Shown: positions 37,476 through 47,834 of the stretch, piece by piece | Position numbering within the stretch: the stretch's first letter is position 1 | Layout: every line of letters starts with the position of its first letter | Source of the DNA: an uncultured bacterium | GTDB taxonomy: Bacteria > Abyssobacteria > SURF-5 | Direction: 5' to 3' | DNA: 64,000 nucleotides | Assembly (NCBI GenBank): GCA_964607485.1 | Contig: CAZSKP010000012.1 | Span: 32,001-96,000, forward strand | Notes under the pieces: model-generated | Database searches by the model: none | What the model saw: only the letters and a program-made list of their open reading frames with translations | What the model was told of the DNA's origin: nothing | Position numbers and translations under genes: made by a program

Positions 37476-38208
37476 GCGGAGGATGTACAGGGCCGACCGG
37501 TTGCGCGCTTACGCGCAATCGCATCGGCTGCGGGAGATAGCCAGCCTTGCCGCCCGGTATCTCCCGTTTTCACCCGATGCCCGCGTGCTCGACCTCGGCT
37601 GCGGCGACGGATTTGCGACCGACCGCGTGCTCGACGGCCTGCCGCGCTCGATGTGCCTCGGTATCGACCTGTCGGTTCACAAATTGAAAGTGATGCGTGC
37701 CAAACTCGCGCGATGTTGCGCCACGGTCGCCGACGCAGAGCGCGTTCCTCTGAAGAGCGCTTCGTTCGACATCGTCCTTTGTCTGGAGCTAATCGAGCAC
37801 GTGCTCGACCCCCTGTCGGTTCTCAAAGAGGTAAGGCGGCTCTTGCGTCCGAACGGAAGGTGCCTGATAAGCACGCCCGCCGATTCGTTCATGCAGCCGA
37901 CACTAGTTCGGACGCTTTCCAAACTCAAGCACCGGAACGGACGCGGAAAGAAGTTCAACGAACATCTCCACTTTACCAGCATCGCCTTACTGCGACCCAT
38001 GTTTCAGGAGGCCCGGCTCGGAATCGTTGCCCAGCAACCCGTCGGATTCCAGCACCCGCTTCGCGCTTTCGTCGCAGGCAGAGTGCGCAGCGAAAGGCTG
38101 ATCGAATTCGAACGATGGCTTTCCAGGGGGTTGCCATTCGGCTCGTTCGGCGCCGGACCGCTCACGTTCGGAAACGAATACCTGGTTCTTTGTGCGAGGC
38201 CTCTTTGA
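37420..38208 (+). CDS. Class I SAM-dependent methyltransferase
   Basis: VLDLGCGDG, FDIVLCLELIEHV, LLRPNG; ATG 37420 follows AAGGAG. Confidence 0.88.
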   Translation: MQVTRESLHRYYSQQEDDERRMYRADRLRAYAQSHRLREIASLAARYLPFSPDARVLDLGCGDGFATDRVLDGLPRSMCLGIDLSVHKLKVMRAKLARCCATVADAERVPLKSASFDIVLCLELIEHVLDPLSVLKEVRRLLRPNGRCLISTPADSFMQPTLVRTLSKLKHRNGRGKKFNEHLHFTSIALLRPMFQEARLGIVAQQPVGFQHPLRAFVAGRVRSERLIEFERWLSRGLPFGSFGAGPLTFGNEYLVLCARPL

Positions 38209-39308
38209 TGGCGGACATTGGAGACAAGAACGGGAAAATCTGCTGCTACCTGCCCGAATACAACCGGCAGACGACGGGCCATCTCGCGCATGTGTATGAC
38301 CTTCTGGCACAGGTTGCCGGCAGGCGCGACATCTTCCTTGTCGTGACGAGATCGTGCGAGGAAACTCCTCCGGAATTTGCGCACCTTTTCTATGCGAGCA
38401 AATTTCCGCTCAAGCCGATTCGGATGCTGGAAACATTCGTTGTTTTCCTCACGGCGCGCCTGCGGGGATACAAAACCTTCTATGTACACTACTCGCTGTG
38501 GAATGCCCTGCTGGCCAGTATGGTCACAAGCGTGCTGGGTGGAACCGTCCACCAGTGGCACTGCCACTGCGGCGATCTGAAAGCTCCTTCTAACGGCCAC
38601 GCGCGACCCTGGTTCGCGGGCACGCTGCATCCGTGGGTGAAAAAAACGTCGCTCCGGCTTTCGGATTCCGTGGTGGTGGCCTCGCCGTCGGTGGCGAGAT
38701 GGTACCAGAGAAGATTCGGGCTGGCCGATGAGAAGCTCGTTGTCATGCCTCCGTTTGTGTCCGCCGAAAGGTTCGTCACCGGCGCGCGGGCGAACGGCCG
38801 AAAAAAGCGAGTGCTTTTCGTTCACACTCTTTCAAAAGAAAAGGGCGCTCATCATCTTCTCCGGATAATTCCCCGCATCTTGGAATCGCTGCCGGAGACG
38901 CAGTTCCCCGTGGCGGGTGATGGAAGATACAGGGATGAGATCGGCAAACTCCCCAACGTCACCATGCTCGGCGCGGTGCCGAATGTTCAGGTCCCCCGGC
39001 TCTATGCCGAGTCGGACCTCATCATTTTGCCGTCGGAGGAAGAAGGGGTGCCGCATGTACTGCTCGAGGCAATGGCGATGGGCGTCCCGTTCGTCGCCAC
39101 CGATGTCGGCGGAGTGGCAGACCTTGTAGGAGAGTCGCTCAAGGACACCCTCGTGTCTCCCGGCGACATCGATGCGTTCGTCGAGCGTTCGGTCGAGATA
39201 CTCACAAACGAGAAGCTCGCCGCAGACCTGAGCAGACGCTGCCTGGCCCGGGCGAGCGACTTTACGCTCGAAAACGCCGCAGACCGGTTTTTGGAAAAGA
39301 TACGGTGA
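38208..39308 (+). CDS. Glycosyltransferase family 4
   Basis: PSEEEGVPHVLLEAMAMG, ATDVGG; TGATG coupling at 38208. Confidence 0.88.
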   Translation: MADIGDKNGKICCYLPEYNRQTTGHLAHVYDLLAQVAGRRDIFLVVTRSCEETPPEFAHLFYASKFPLKPIRMLETFVVFLTARLRGYKTFYVHYSLWNALLASMVTSVLGGTVHQWHCHCGDLKAPSNGHARPWFAGTLHPWVKKTSLRLSDSVVVASPSVARWYQRRFGLADEKLVVMPPFVSAERFVTGARANGRKKRVLFVHTLSKEKGAHHLLRIIPRILESLPETQFPVAGDGRYRDEIGKLPNVTMLGAVPNVQVPRLYAESDLIILPSEEEGVPHVLLEAMAMGVPFVATDVGGVADLVGESLKDTLVSPGDIDAFVERSVEILTNEKLAADLSRRCLARASDFTLENAADRFLEKIR

Positions 39309-40612
39309 ATATGAGATTGACGCTCGAACAAAATGAGAGAGAATCCTTCACCTCCGCCGGGACATCTCCGCCGAAGACGTTGTTTTCAATCATCTATCCG
39401 TACACAAACATCGGGTTCCCTTCGCAGATGGCGAACATGATACAGACGCTGAACACGTGCGACGCCCTTGCGCGGACCGGACGAGCGCGGGTGAGCCTCA
39501 TCCTACGCAACTCGTCCGGCTGGAGCCCGGAGAGAATTCGCTCCTATTACGGCCTGGATGAGAACCCGGCGTTCGAGCTCCATTCGATTCCGCTCGGCCA
39601 TTCGCTGCGCCCGGTCATCGGAAAGCTCGACAACCTGCTGTACCGCGTTTTGCTTGTGCGCGCCGTGCGAAGAATCGCCAGTCGATCCGACAACGTCGTC
39701 ATATACGCGAGAGACGCTTCCATCCTCGCTCTGCTCGCTTCGGCGGCGGGTCTCGGAAAGTCGGCCAGGTTCGCATTCGAAGCTCACAACATCGTCGGCA
39801 CATCGCTTGGTCACAGCCACAGATGGTACGGCGGCACGAAGCCGGTCGGTTCGCGAAAGATACGGTTCTACGCCTCCCTCGAGCGCCGCGCCTTGAAACG
39901 CGCGGAGGTCGTGTTCGCGCTCACGCACAGGCTCAAGGAAATGCTCGCGGACGAACACGGCGTTCGAAAGGAAAAGATTTTCGTTGTGCCCGACGCCGCC
40001 AGAAGAATCCGGTTCGACAAACGCCCCGCAGAAGGCAACGGACATGAGCCTCTCGTCGGTTACGTCGGTCAGCTTTTCCCGTCGAGGGGAGTGCACGTGC
40101 TCATTCGGGCGATGCAGCTGCTCGACAGCTCCGTCAAGCTTCTCATCGTGGGCGGAAGCAGCCACAGGAACGACATCGACCAGCTTTCAGCGCTGGCGCG
40201 GGCGGTGGGCGTGGGGGACAGAGTGACTTTCTCGGGATTCGTCGAGCCTTCACGCGTCGGCCCGTTTCTGTCGAGGCCCGACGTGCTCGTCATGCCGCTT
40301 ATCGACGACGCGGTCACACGCAACTTCGCGTCTTCCATGAAACAATTCGAGTACATGGCCGCGCGCAGGCCGATAGTGGCATCCGACCTTCCTTCGACGA
40401 GGGAGATACTTCGCCACCGGGAGACGGCGATACTCGTGCAGCCCGACTCCCCCGCCGCGCTCGCCGAAGGGATATCACTCGCGCTCAACGATAGACAGCT
40501 CGCGCACAGCATCAGCGAAGCCGCCTACCGCGAGGTGAACGAAAAATACACCTTTCCCGTGAGGGCACAGAAAATTATCAGCGCCCTGGAGGAAGTATGC
40601 AATCGGGATTGA
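39305..40612 (+). CDS. Glycosyltransferase family 4
   Basis: YVGQLFPSRG; SSMKQFEYMAARRPIVASDLP. Confidence 0.88.
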   Translation: MNMRLTLEQNERESFTSAGTSPPKTLFSIIYPYTNIGFPSQMANMIQTLNTCDALARTGRARVSLILRNSSGWSPERIRSYYGLDENPAFELHSIPLGHSLRPVIGKLDNLLYRVLLVRAVRRIASRSDNVVIYARDASILALLASAAGLGKSARFAFEAHNIVGTSLGHSHRWYGGTKPVGSRKIRFYASLERRALKRAEVVFALTHRLKEMLADEHGVRKEKIFVVPDAARRIRFDKRPAEGNGHEPLVGYVGQLFPSRGVHVLIRAMQLLDSSVKLLIVGGSSHRNDIDQLSALARAVGVGDRVTFSGFVEPSRVGPFLSRPDVLVMPLIDDAVTRNFASSMKQFEYMAARRPIVASDLPSTREILRHRETAILVQPDSPAALAEGISLALNDRQLAHSISEAAYREVNEKYTFPVRAQKIISALEEVCNRD

Positions 40613-41301
40613 CGAAGAAGATCGCAACGCGCCTGCTGCCGGGCTTCGAATACGTGAAGAAGCCGCGATACGCGACGACGGCTCTCGATTACGACGACTA
40701 CTGGCGGCGGCTCGAGGCGAAGACGCACTTGAAACAGCGCCACCTGCTCCTCGCGCGCCAAATACCCGACAGCTCGCGCGTGCTGGAGGTCGGGTGCGGC
40801 ACGGGCGATTTTTCCTGCTATCTCATGCGCAAGAAAAACTGCGAGGTGCTCGCGACCGACATATCGGAGCGAGCAGTTTGCGTGGCGCGCCGGAAGGGAG
40901 TGAACGCGATGGTTCGCGACATCGCGCGCGAGCCGCTTGGGAACGGAGACGGGCGCTTCGATTTCGCCGTGCTCAGCGAAGTTGTCGAGCATTGCGTCGG
41001 GGCGGAGGAGCTCCTTAACTCCGCCTCCCGCTGCGCCGACATCTTGCTGGTGTCCGTTCCAAATGCGGCTTATGTACTGAACCGGTTGTGCCTGATGTTC
41101 GCCGGACGCTTCCCTGCGCAGTGGGTATGTCACCCGGCTGAACACGTGCGCTTCTGGAGCGTCACCGATTTCAGGCGGTGGACGCGGCACCTGGGCTTCG
41201 AGATTCTGTGGGAGAGAGCGGCGACAGGTGTGCCCATTTTCAAAAACATTATGCCGAACCTGTTCGCTCAACAGACATGCTTTACGCTAAGAAAAAAGTA
41301 G
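40597..41301 (+). CDS. Class I SAM-dependent methyltransferase (MetW-like)
   Basis: VLEVGCGTG, FDFAVLSEVVEH, VSVPNAAY...R..L...GRFP. Confidence 0.85.
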   Translation: MQSGLTKKIATRLLPGFEYVKKPRYATTALDYDDYWRRLEAKTHLKQRHLLLARQIPDSSRVLEVGCGTGDFSCYLMRKKNCEVLATDISERAVCVARRKGVNAMVRDIAREPLGNGDGRFDFAVLSEVVEHCVGAEELLNSASRCADILLVSVPNAAYVLNRLCLMFAGRFPAQWVCHPAEHVRFWSVTDFRRWTRHLGFEILWERAATGVPIFKNIMPNLFAQQTCFTLRKK

Positions 41302-42746
41302 AGCCGCAGCGCGGCGGCGTCCGTCTCGGCAACAGCGTCCTGTGGGCGTCGTCGGCCAGCGTGCTTGCGAAGGTCATCGACCTGGCCGGTCTGGTTCTGC
41401 TTGCCCGCCTGCTCGACCCGGAGAGCTTCGGGCTCGTGGCGATGGCGCTGTTGGTGATAAACGCGCTCGAGCTCTTGATGGACTTCGGGCTGGGACAGGC
41501 GCTGGTGCAAAGGGGCAGCATGGACAACAATGCCGCCGAGACAACGCTCTACATCGTCCCGGCGATTGGAATCGTCCTCTTTGCGGTCGCCTTCTTCCTT
41601 GCCGGCCCGACGGCTGCGTTTTTTCGCTCATCCGAGTTGACGAATATCATACGCGCGCTTTCGCTTGTGCTGGTGGTGCAATCGGTGGGCGCCGTGCCGG
41701 GAGCGCTTCTCGAGAGGAAACTGCTGTACCGGAAAATGACCGTTGCGGAGTCGCTCAGCTCGCTCTGCTATCTCGCGGTCGCGGCGCCGCTCGCGTACGC
41801 GGGATGGGGCGTATGGAGCTTGGTGTACGGTAAGCTTGCGCGTAGTTTTGTCAAGTCGGCAATCATGTGGGTCGTGGCCGGATGGAAGCCCGCCGGCAAA
41901 TTCAATCTTCTGGCTGCAAGAGAGCTCTACAGGTTCGGCCGCCACATCGTCGTGCTGGGCCTAATCTCGTTCGCGCTAAAGAACCTGGACAATGCGATTA
42001 TCGGACGGTACCTCAACCCTACTCAATTGGGTCTGTACTCTGTGGCCTATGCCATCGGCAACCTTCTGCCGACGTTCGTGAAGATGACGCTCGGCCGTGT
42101 CACCTTCCCCTACTACTCGCGCATACGGGAGAATCCGGATGAGCTGCGCGAGAAATTTCTGACCATCAACAAGGCCAACGTTGTCCTCTGCGTGTGGCTA
42201 ACGCTGATGCTGGCCGGCGCGTTTCCGCCCGTGGCGGGCTCGATCCTCGGCGATCAGTGGAAGGAAATCGGGCCGCTGATTCAGGTGCTTGCATTCTTCG
42301 GGCTGCAGAGGTCCATCGGCTCGGTGTGCGCACCCGCTCTGAACGCGCTGGGTGTTCCCCAGGCGCAGAGAGAGCCGATGCTCCTCAATGCCGCGATATT
42401 CGTTCCGCTTGCCATACCCGTCGCAAAGCTGGGCGGCGCTCCCGCGATCGCTCTGCTGGCTACGCTCAGCATCGTTCCCGGTTTCGTCTGGACCCTGCGC
42501 CGCACTTTCGCTCTGCTGGAGCTCGATTCCGAGCTGCCGAGGCTGCTCGTCCCGTGCGCAATCGGAGTCGCCTGCATGGCGCTGCAAAAAATGGTAGGGC
42601 ACCCTTTCGGGCTCGAGGATTACAGGTACGCCGTCTTCGCGGTGGCGAGCCTGTCGATTGCTTTCTTGGTGCTGATCCGGTTGTTTGAGCCGAAATCGTT
42701 CTCGACGCTGGGCGCTTTCGGGCGAATGCTGTTGGAGACGACATGA
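41277..42746 (+). CDS. wzx: Wzx flippase (PST/MOP family)
   Basis: LARLLDPESFGLVAM, DFGLGQALVQ, NLDNAIIGRYL...LGLYSVAY; many TM helices. Confidence 0.92.
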   Translation: MLYAKKKVEPQRGGVRLGNSVLWASSASVLAKVIDLAGLVLLARLLDPESFGLVAMALLVINALELLMDFGLGQALVQRGSMDNNAAETTLYIVPAIGIVLFAVAFFLAGPTAAFFRSSELTNIIRALSLVLVVQSVGAVPGALLERKLLYRKMTVAESLSSLCYLAVAAPLAYAGWGVWSLVYGKLARSFVKSAIMWVVAGWKPAGKFNLLAARELYRFGRHIVVLGLISFALKNLDNAIIGRYLNPTQLGLYSVAYAIGNLLPTFVKMTLGRVTFPYYSRIRENPDELREKFLTINKANVVLCVWLTLMLAGAFPPVAGSILGDQWKEIGPLIQVLAFFGLQRSIGSVCAPALNALGVPQAQREPMLLNAAIFVPLAIPVAKLGGAPAIALLATLSIVPGFVWTLRRTFALLELDSELPRLLVPCAIGVACMALQKMVGHPFGLEDYRYAVFAVASLSIAFLVLIRLFEPKSFSTLGAFGRMLLETT

Positions 42747-43831
42747 AGGTTCTGTTTTTCGGTTCGTACTCTCGCGAGTATCCGCGGAATAAAATTATCC
42801 GCGAGGGGCTCAGCCTGGCGGGAGTGGAAGTGCTCGAGTGCAACGTTCCGTTCGAGGAAAACCGGCGGTTCTATGACCGCTACCTGACACTTTTGCGCAA
42901 CCTCAAGAGCATCGGCAACGGATGGGAAGTAATGGTGGCGCCCGAATTCAACCACAAGAACATGCCGCTTGCGTTTGCCGCGGCACGCCTGTGCCGCCGT
43001 CCTCTCATCTTCGACCCGCTCGTCTCCTCATACAACACCAACGTCGAGGACAGAAAGCGCGTGAGCCCGAACGGAAGTGCCGCCTTGATGCAGCGTGCGC
43101 TCGACAGGACCGGCTTCATGCTCGCCGACAGAGTGTGGGCCGACACCGGCGAACATCTGAGATATTTTCACGAGACATTTCAGGTGCCACTTCGGAAGCT
43201 GTGCGTCGTGCCGGTCGGCGTCGACGACGAGGTCTTCCATCCATATCCCGACCGCAAAGAGAAAGAAGGGTTTGTCGTCGCCTTCTGGGGAAGCTACGTT
43301 CCGCTCCACGGATTGGAACACATCCTTGGAGCCGCGTCCCTCTTGAAGTGCTACAGCGAAATACGGTTCAAGCTCGTCGGCAATGGTCAGACATTTGAAC
43401 ACATCAAAGGCCTCTGCCGCCGCGAAAATCTGCACAACGTGGCGCTGATGCCGCCTGTGCCGTACAGGAGACTCCCCGAAGTTCTGTCCGACGCCGACAT
43501 CTGCCTCGGCATCTTCGGCGGCACGGACAAGGCGGGGCGGGTCGTTCCGAACAAGGTATATCAGGCGCTGGCGATGCGCAAGCCGGTGATAACGGGCGAC
43601 TCGCCCGCCATTAGGGAAGCGTTCGAGAGCGGGGTCCACCTGCTCACCTGCAAGATGGCCGACCCGTCATCGCTTGCGCGTGCGATACAGACCCTCTTGA
43701 ATGCCTCCGAACTTCGCGGGAAGCTTGCTTCTGAAGGCCATGAGCTCGTCATGAAAAAGTTCTCACGGAAAGCCATCGGCGAAAAGGTCAAGAGAATTTT
43801 GAAACAAATAATCGAGGAAGAGAGCACATGA
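42743..43831 (+). CDS. Glycosyltransferase family 4
   Basis: YPRN, FWGSYVPLHG, LGIFGGTDKAGRVVPNKVYQALA. Confidence 0.88.
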   Translation: MKVLFFGSYSREYPRNKIIREGLSLAGVEVLECNVPFEENRRFYDRYLTLLRNLKSIGNGWEVMVAPEFNHKNMPLAFAAARLCRRPLIFDPLVSSYNTNVEDRKRVSPNGSAALMQRALDRTGFMLADRVWADTGEHLRYFHETFQVPLRKLCVVPVGVDDEVFHPYPDRKEKEGFVVAFWGSYVPLHGLEHILGAASLLKCYSEIRFKLVGNGQTFEHIKGLCRRENLHNVALMPPVPYRRLPEVLSDADICLGIFGGTDKAGRVVPNKVYQALAMRKPVITGDSPAIREAFESGVHLLTCKMADPSSLARAIQTLLNASELRGKLASEGHELVMKKFSRKAIGEKVKRILKQIIEEEST

Positions 43832-45216
43832 GGGTTCTACTCGTAAAGCCGCATTCGTGGTTCAGCGCCAAAGGCGTCGGTCTGCCTCTTGGACTTGCCT
43901 ACCTCGGCGGCGAGCTGATTCGTTCCGGCCATGAGGTGAGCGGACTCGACCTCATGTTGTCCGACCCGAAGGAAGCGCCCGGTGTGTTTTCCCGGCGCAT
44001 CTCGGAGTTCAGGCCCGACCTTGTCGGCATCACGTGCAACTCTCACGAGAGGCTGGCAGCCTTCGAGGCCGCCCGCTGGACGAAGAAGCTCGGCGACATC
44101 CCGGTCGTCATGGGAGGGCCGCACGTCACGTTCACAGCGGAGCAGACGCTCGAGCATGTGCGCGAAGTGGACATGGTGGTCCTCCACGAGGGCGAGCACA
44201 CTCTCCTCGACCTCTGCAACGCGCTCGCCTCCGGCGGTCGGCTCGCAGATGTTGATGGCATCGTTTTCCGCGAGAGCGGCAGCGTGGTCAGAACCGAACC
44301 TCGCCAATTTATCAAAGACCTCGATACCCTGCCGATGCCCGCGCGTCACCTGTTTGAAGCCGACCGGTACGACCTTTATCTGCCCATCGCTGGCAGGCCG
44401 AAGGCGGTCCATCTCGTGTCTAGCCGCGGATGTCCCTACTCCTGCTTTTTTTGCTCGGCGACTCAGATGGCGGGCGGCAAGGCGCGTATGAGGTCGGCTG
44501 AGCACGTGATTCGCGAGATAGAGATAATCGCCGACAGCTACCCCTCGTGCAACTGGATATTTTTCTATGACGACCACTTCACGTTGTTGAAGAAACGCGT
44601 CGTGGAAATCTGCGATCGCATGATAGAGCGGGGGCTCAGGTTGAACTGGGGATGCTACGGGCGCGCCGATTCGCTTGATGAAGAACTGCTGGGCCACATG
44701 AAGGCGGCCGGCTGCAGGATGATTTCCTTCGGAATCGAGTCGGGCAGCGACCGCGTGCTTCGCCTGATGGGGAAAAAGGTGACGCGGCAAAGGATAGAGA
44801 GAGCCATCGCGCTTACAAAGGCGAAGGGGATAGTCACACGCTGCTCGTTTTTCTTCGGCTATCCCGGCGAGCGGCTGAGAGACGCGGCCGCTACTCTGGA
44901 CTTCATAAAGAAGATGCGCCTGGAAAAAGACGAGGTCGTGTGGAGCCGGTGCCCCGTGCTCTATCCCGGTACCGCGCTGTTCGAAAGGCTCTCGCACGAT
45001 GGAATCATTCCTCGGGATTTCAACTGGGCCGTCCCGCCGAATGTCCCGGCGTACAAGGACGTGCCCATCTATGTGTCCCGGCATTCCAAACTGCGGGAAG
45101 TCATGGTCAGAGGCTACTTGAAATTTTTCGTCGAAAACCGGGGAAGGCCGCTCATAGTCTCATTCCCCGAGTATTTCATTTCGCGCCTCACGAGGAGCGG
45201 ATATGTCGAGAGTTGA
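43828..45216 (+). CDS. B12-binding radical SAM protein
   Basis: LPLGLAYL, MGGPHVT, HEGE, SRGCPYSCFFC, GIESG. Confidence 0.92.
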   Translation: MRVLLVKPHSWFSAKGVGLPLGLAYLGGELIRSGHEVSGLDLMLSDPKEAPGVFSRRISEFRPDLVGITCNSHERLAAFEAARWTKKLGDIPVVMGGPHVTFTAEQTLEHVREVDMVVLHEGEHTLLDLCNALASGGRLADVDGIVFRESGSVVRTEPRQFIKDLDTLPMPARHLFEADRYDLYLPIAGRPKAVHLVSSRGCPYSCFFCSATQMAGGKARMRSAEHVIREIEIIADSYPSCNWIFFYDDHFTLLKKRVVEICDRMIERGLRLNWGCYGRADSLDEELLGHMKAAGCRMISFGIESGSDRVLRLMGKKVTRQRIERAIALTKAKGIVTRCSFFFGYPGERLRDAAATLDFIKKMRLEKDEVVWSRCPVLYPGTALFERLSHDGIIPRDFNWAVPPNVPAYKDVPIYVSRHSKLREVMVRGYLKFFVENRGRPLIVSFPEYFISRLTRSGYVES

Positions 45217-46696
45217 GCATACCATTTCGAGGCTCTTGCCCGGCAACATCACCCTCTGGGGAATGTGGTCTCTGGGCCTGGTCGCAGCATATTTCATCGC
45301 GCTGTCGCTGTGCGACGCCCCTCCGCTGCAAGCGCTCAGCCTTGTCGGAACCGGTATCGCCCTTGTCGCGATGCGCCGACTGGATCATTTGTTGATCCTC
45401 CTGATGATTTCGTCGTTGGTCACCCGGGGTCCCGTCAATATCGTAGGCGATGTGACGCCGTTCGACGTGCTCGTGTTGTTGATCGCGCTTCACGTCGTCT
45501 TTCGTATCGCCTACAAACGCGCTCATTTCATTCTCTCGACCGAAGCGAAACTCATGTCGGTTCTTCTGGGTATTGTGTGCTTCTCCGAGCTGCTGGGTTT
45601 CCTGTATTTGCCCCGACATCTCTTTCTGGAGGTTTCCGCAAAACCGTTCATTCAATTGATTGAATTCCAGGTGGTTCTGTTCGCGGTCGTGCTCTGTCTG
45701 GACAGCAAAGAGCAGATGGAGAGAATCGTGAGGTGGCAGATATTCTGCGCCGTTGTCTTTGCGGCAGTCGCGATATACGAATCGCATCTGGGAGTGATTT
45801 ACATCGGCCCGCAAAGCCTCTTCGGCAACACTGAATACGTGTTGCGGGGCGAGGTCAAGAGCAATCCGAATTCCCTCCTGTTGATAATTCCGGCGATCGC
45901 GTTCCTGATTTACGGCAAATGGCCTCGATGGTCACGGCTGGCGCTCGTCTCTTTCGTTCTCTATCCGTTCATCCCCCAGGGCACACGCACCTTCTACCTG
46001 GCGCTGTGCGGGGCGGTGTGCGGAATGATATGGCTCAGAAACACGCGCAAACCGATATGGATTATTTTTATAGCTTTGCTCGCGATTTTCGTTAATTCGA
46101 GCGTTGTTTTCCCGAAAGTCGAGGAGATATTTCGGGGCGTTCACGGGTATTTTGTCGCGCCCTATTCGGCCGACGAATCGAGCACGTTCGGTCGCCTGGT
46201 CCTGTGGAAAACGGCGCCGAAAATCCTGCTGAAGCACCCGCTCTGGGGATACGGTGTGAACGGATACGGGATGGAGCTTTACCTCGACCCGTCGGTGTTC
46301 ATGACCGAGCGCATCACCTTTTCAAGCTGGGCGAGAGGAGCGATGAATCCCGCAGGCAAGACCCACAACGAATATCTGCAGATACTTCTCGACCACGGTT
46401 TGATAGCATTCGCAATTGCCGTGTATCTGCTCTTCCGCACGTGGCGACGGTGCCGCGCAAAGGCCGGGCTTCAAGGGGACAAAGTCCTGACGGGCATTTA
46501 CCGCGCGCTGTTCGTGTCGTTCGTGGCGTTCGTGCTGGCGTTCATGAGCATATCCCTTCTCAGCTATCACGGCAACAATTTTCTCCAGATGTTCTTCTGG
46601 TTAAACATCGGGCTGATATATGCGCCGGTAGATGCGTCTCCGGCTCATGTTTCAGAACCTGAGCGCAAAGCAAACGAGAGAAGGGTCGGCAATTGA
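45203..46696 (+). CDS. Wzy polymerase / O-antigen ligase family membrane protein
   Basis: Many TM helices; NPN, GTR, STFGRLVLW, HPLWGYG, THNEYLQILLDHG. Confidence 0.82.
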   Translation: MSRVEHTISRLLPGNITLWGMWSLGLVAAYFIALSLCDAPPLQALSLVGTGIALVAMRRLDHLLILLMISSLVTRGPVNIVGDVTPFDVLVLLIALHVVFRIAYKRAHFILSTEAKLMSVLLGIVCFSELLGFLYLPRHLFLEVSAKPFIQLIEFQVVLFAVVLCLDSKEQMERIVRWQIFCAVVFAAVAIYESHLGVIYIGPQSLFGNTEYVLRGEVKSNPNSLLLIIPAIAFLIYGKWPRWSRLALVSFVLYPFIPQGTRTFYLALCGAVCGMIWLRNTRKPIWIIFIALLAIFVNSSVVFPKVEEIFRGVHGYFVAPYSADESSTFGRLVLWKTAPKILLKHPLWGYGVNGYGMELYLDPSVFMTERITFSSWARGAMNPAGKTHNEYLQILLDHGLIAFAIAVYLLFRTWRRCRAKAGLQGDKVLTGIYRALFVSFVAFVLAFMSISLLSYHGNNFLQMFFWLNIGLIYAPVDASPAHVSEPERKANERRVGN

Positions 46697-47823
46697 GAGC
46701 AAGAACGATTCACAGCATGGGCGAGATGGCGGCTCTGGAACCGGCGTGGGAGGAATTCGCTCGGACGACCGGACGCCAAACGCCGTTCACCAACAGTCTC
46801 TGGATACGAGAGTGGTTCAGGCATGTCGGCGCCGAAGCCGCCCCGATGCTCATATCCGTCTGGGACAACGGACAACTTGCAGGTCTCGCGCCGCTGGCCG
46901 TGACCCGGCGCTTCCCCGGAACAAGAGTGCTCACGACGGCCGGAGCGCCGCACGCCGCCCTGTGCGATTTCGCTGCCGCGAGCGGGCGCGAAAGCGAAGT
47001 CGCCGAGAAGATCGTCTCCGAGATCGCCCTCAACGGAAACCGTTGGGATTTGGGCGACATCGCCGACTTCGACCCGCTGTCCCGGCTGCCGCGTGCGCTG
47101 TCCGGCCGTGCCGACGATTTTGTTTTCGCGTCGAAGACGATTCCCGAAGAACCGTTCTTCAGCCTCGATTTGCGGTCGACCGGAACCGGCGGAAAACCGT
47201 CGCGAAAGCACAGATACAATCTCAAGCGCGCACGAAAACGATTGGGCGATTTCGCCAGCGTGGAATTCAGGGTCGTGAGCGATGCGGACGCCCTCCGCGC
47301 ATACATGCCGCAGGTGTTTGATATTCACAGGCGCCGCTGGAACGGCTACTACATCGGCTCGCTCATGAACGATGCCGGCGGCAGGGCCTTCCTCAAAGAA
47401 ATCGCGAAGCTCTATCTTGAAAGGGACTGGCTCTATCTCGCGCTGCTCACGTTGAACGAGAAGACGGTGGCGTATGCACTCTGCTTCCGGTTCGGCGACA
47501 CGCTGTACTACTACAATCCGGCGTTCGACCCCCGGTTCGCGAGCTTCTCCCCCGGCTCGCTGCTGTTGCAAGACATTTTAGAGGACTGCCGCCAGCGGGG
47601 CGTCTCGAAAATCGAGATGGGCAAGGGCCGGCTCCAGTACAAGGAGAGATTGGCGGCTTCTCCGACCGAAGCAGAACGAATCATATTCGCAAAGCGGAGC
47701 CCGGGCGCGTCCCTCACGCTGCGCTCGTATCTCGCGTGGCATTCAATGAGGCATGCCGCCCGCAGGTCCGAGCTCGTCCGAAAGCTGGCGGGCCGGGTCA
47801 AAAGGACACGGGTCGAGGTTTGA
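46693..47823 (+). CDS. GNAT-family acyltransferase (CelD/BcsL- or FemAB-like)
   Basis: W..EW, LAGLAPL, YYNPAFDP.FASFSPGSLL, G...YKER. Confidence 0.82.
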   Translation: MRARTIHSMGEMAALEPAWEEFARTTGRQTPFTNSLWIREWFRHVGAEAAPMLISVWDNGQLAGLAPLAVTRRFPGTRVLTTAGAPHAALCDFAAASGRESEVAEKIVSEIALNGNRWDLGDIADFDPLSRLPRALSGRADDFVFASKTIPEEPFFSLDLRSTGTGGKPSRKHRYNLKRARKRLGDFASVEFRVVSDADALRAYMPQVFDIHRRRWNGYYIGSLMNDAGGRAFLKEIAKLYLERDWLYLALLTLNEKTVAYALCFRFGDTLYYYNPAFDPRFASFSPGSLLLQDILEDCRQRGVSKIEMGKGRLQYKERLAASPTEAERIIFAKRSPGASLTLRSYLAWHSMRHAARRSELVRKLAGRVKRTRVEV

Positions 47824-47834
47824 CAGGAACGGCC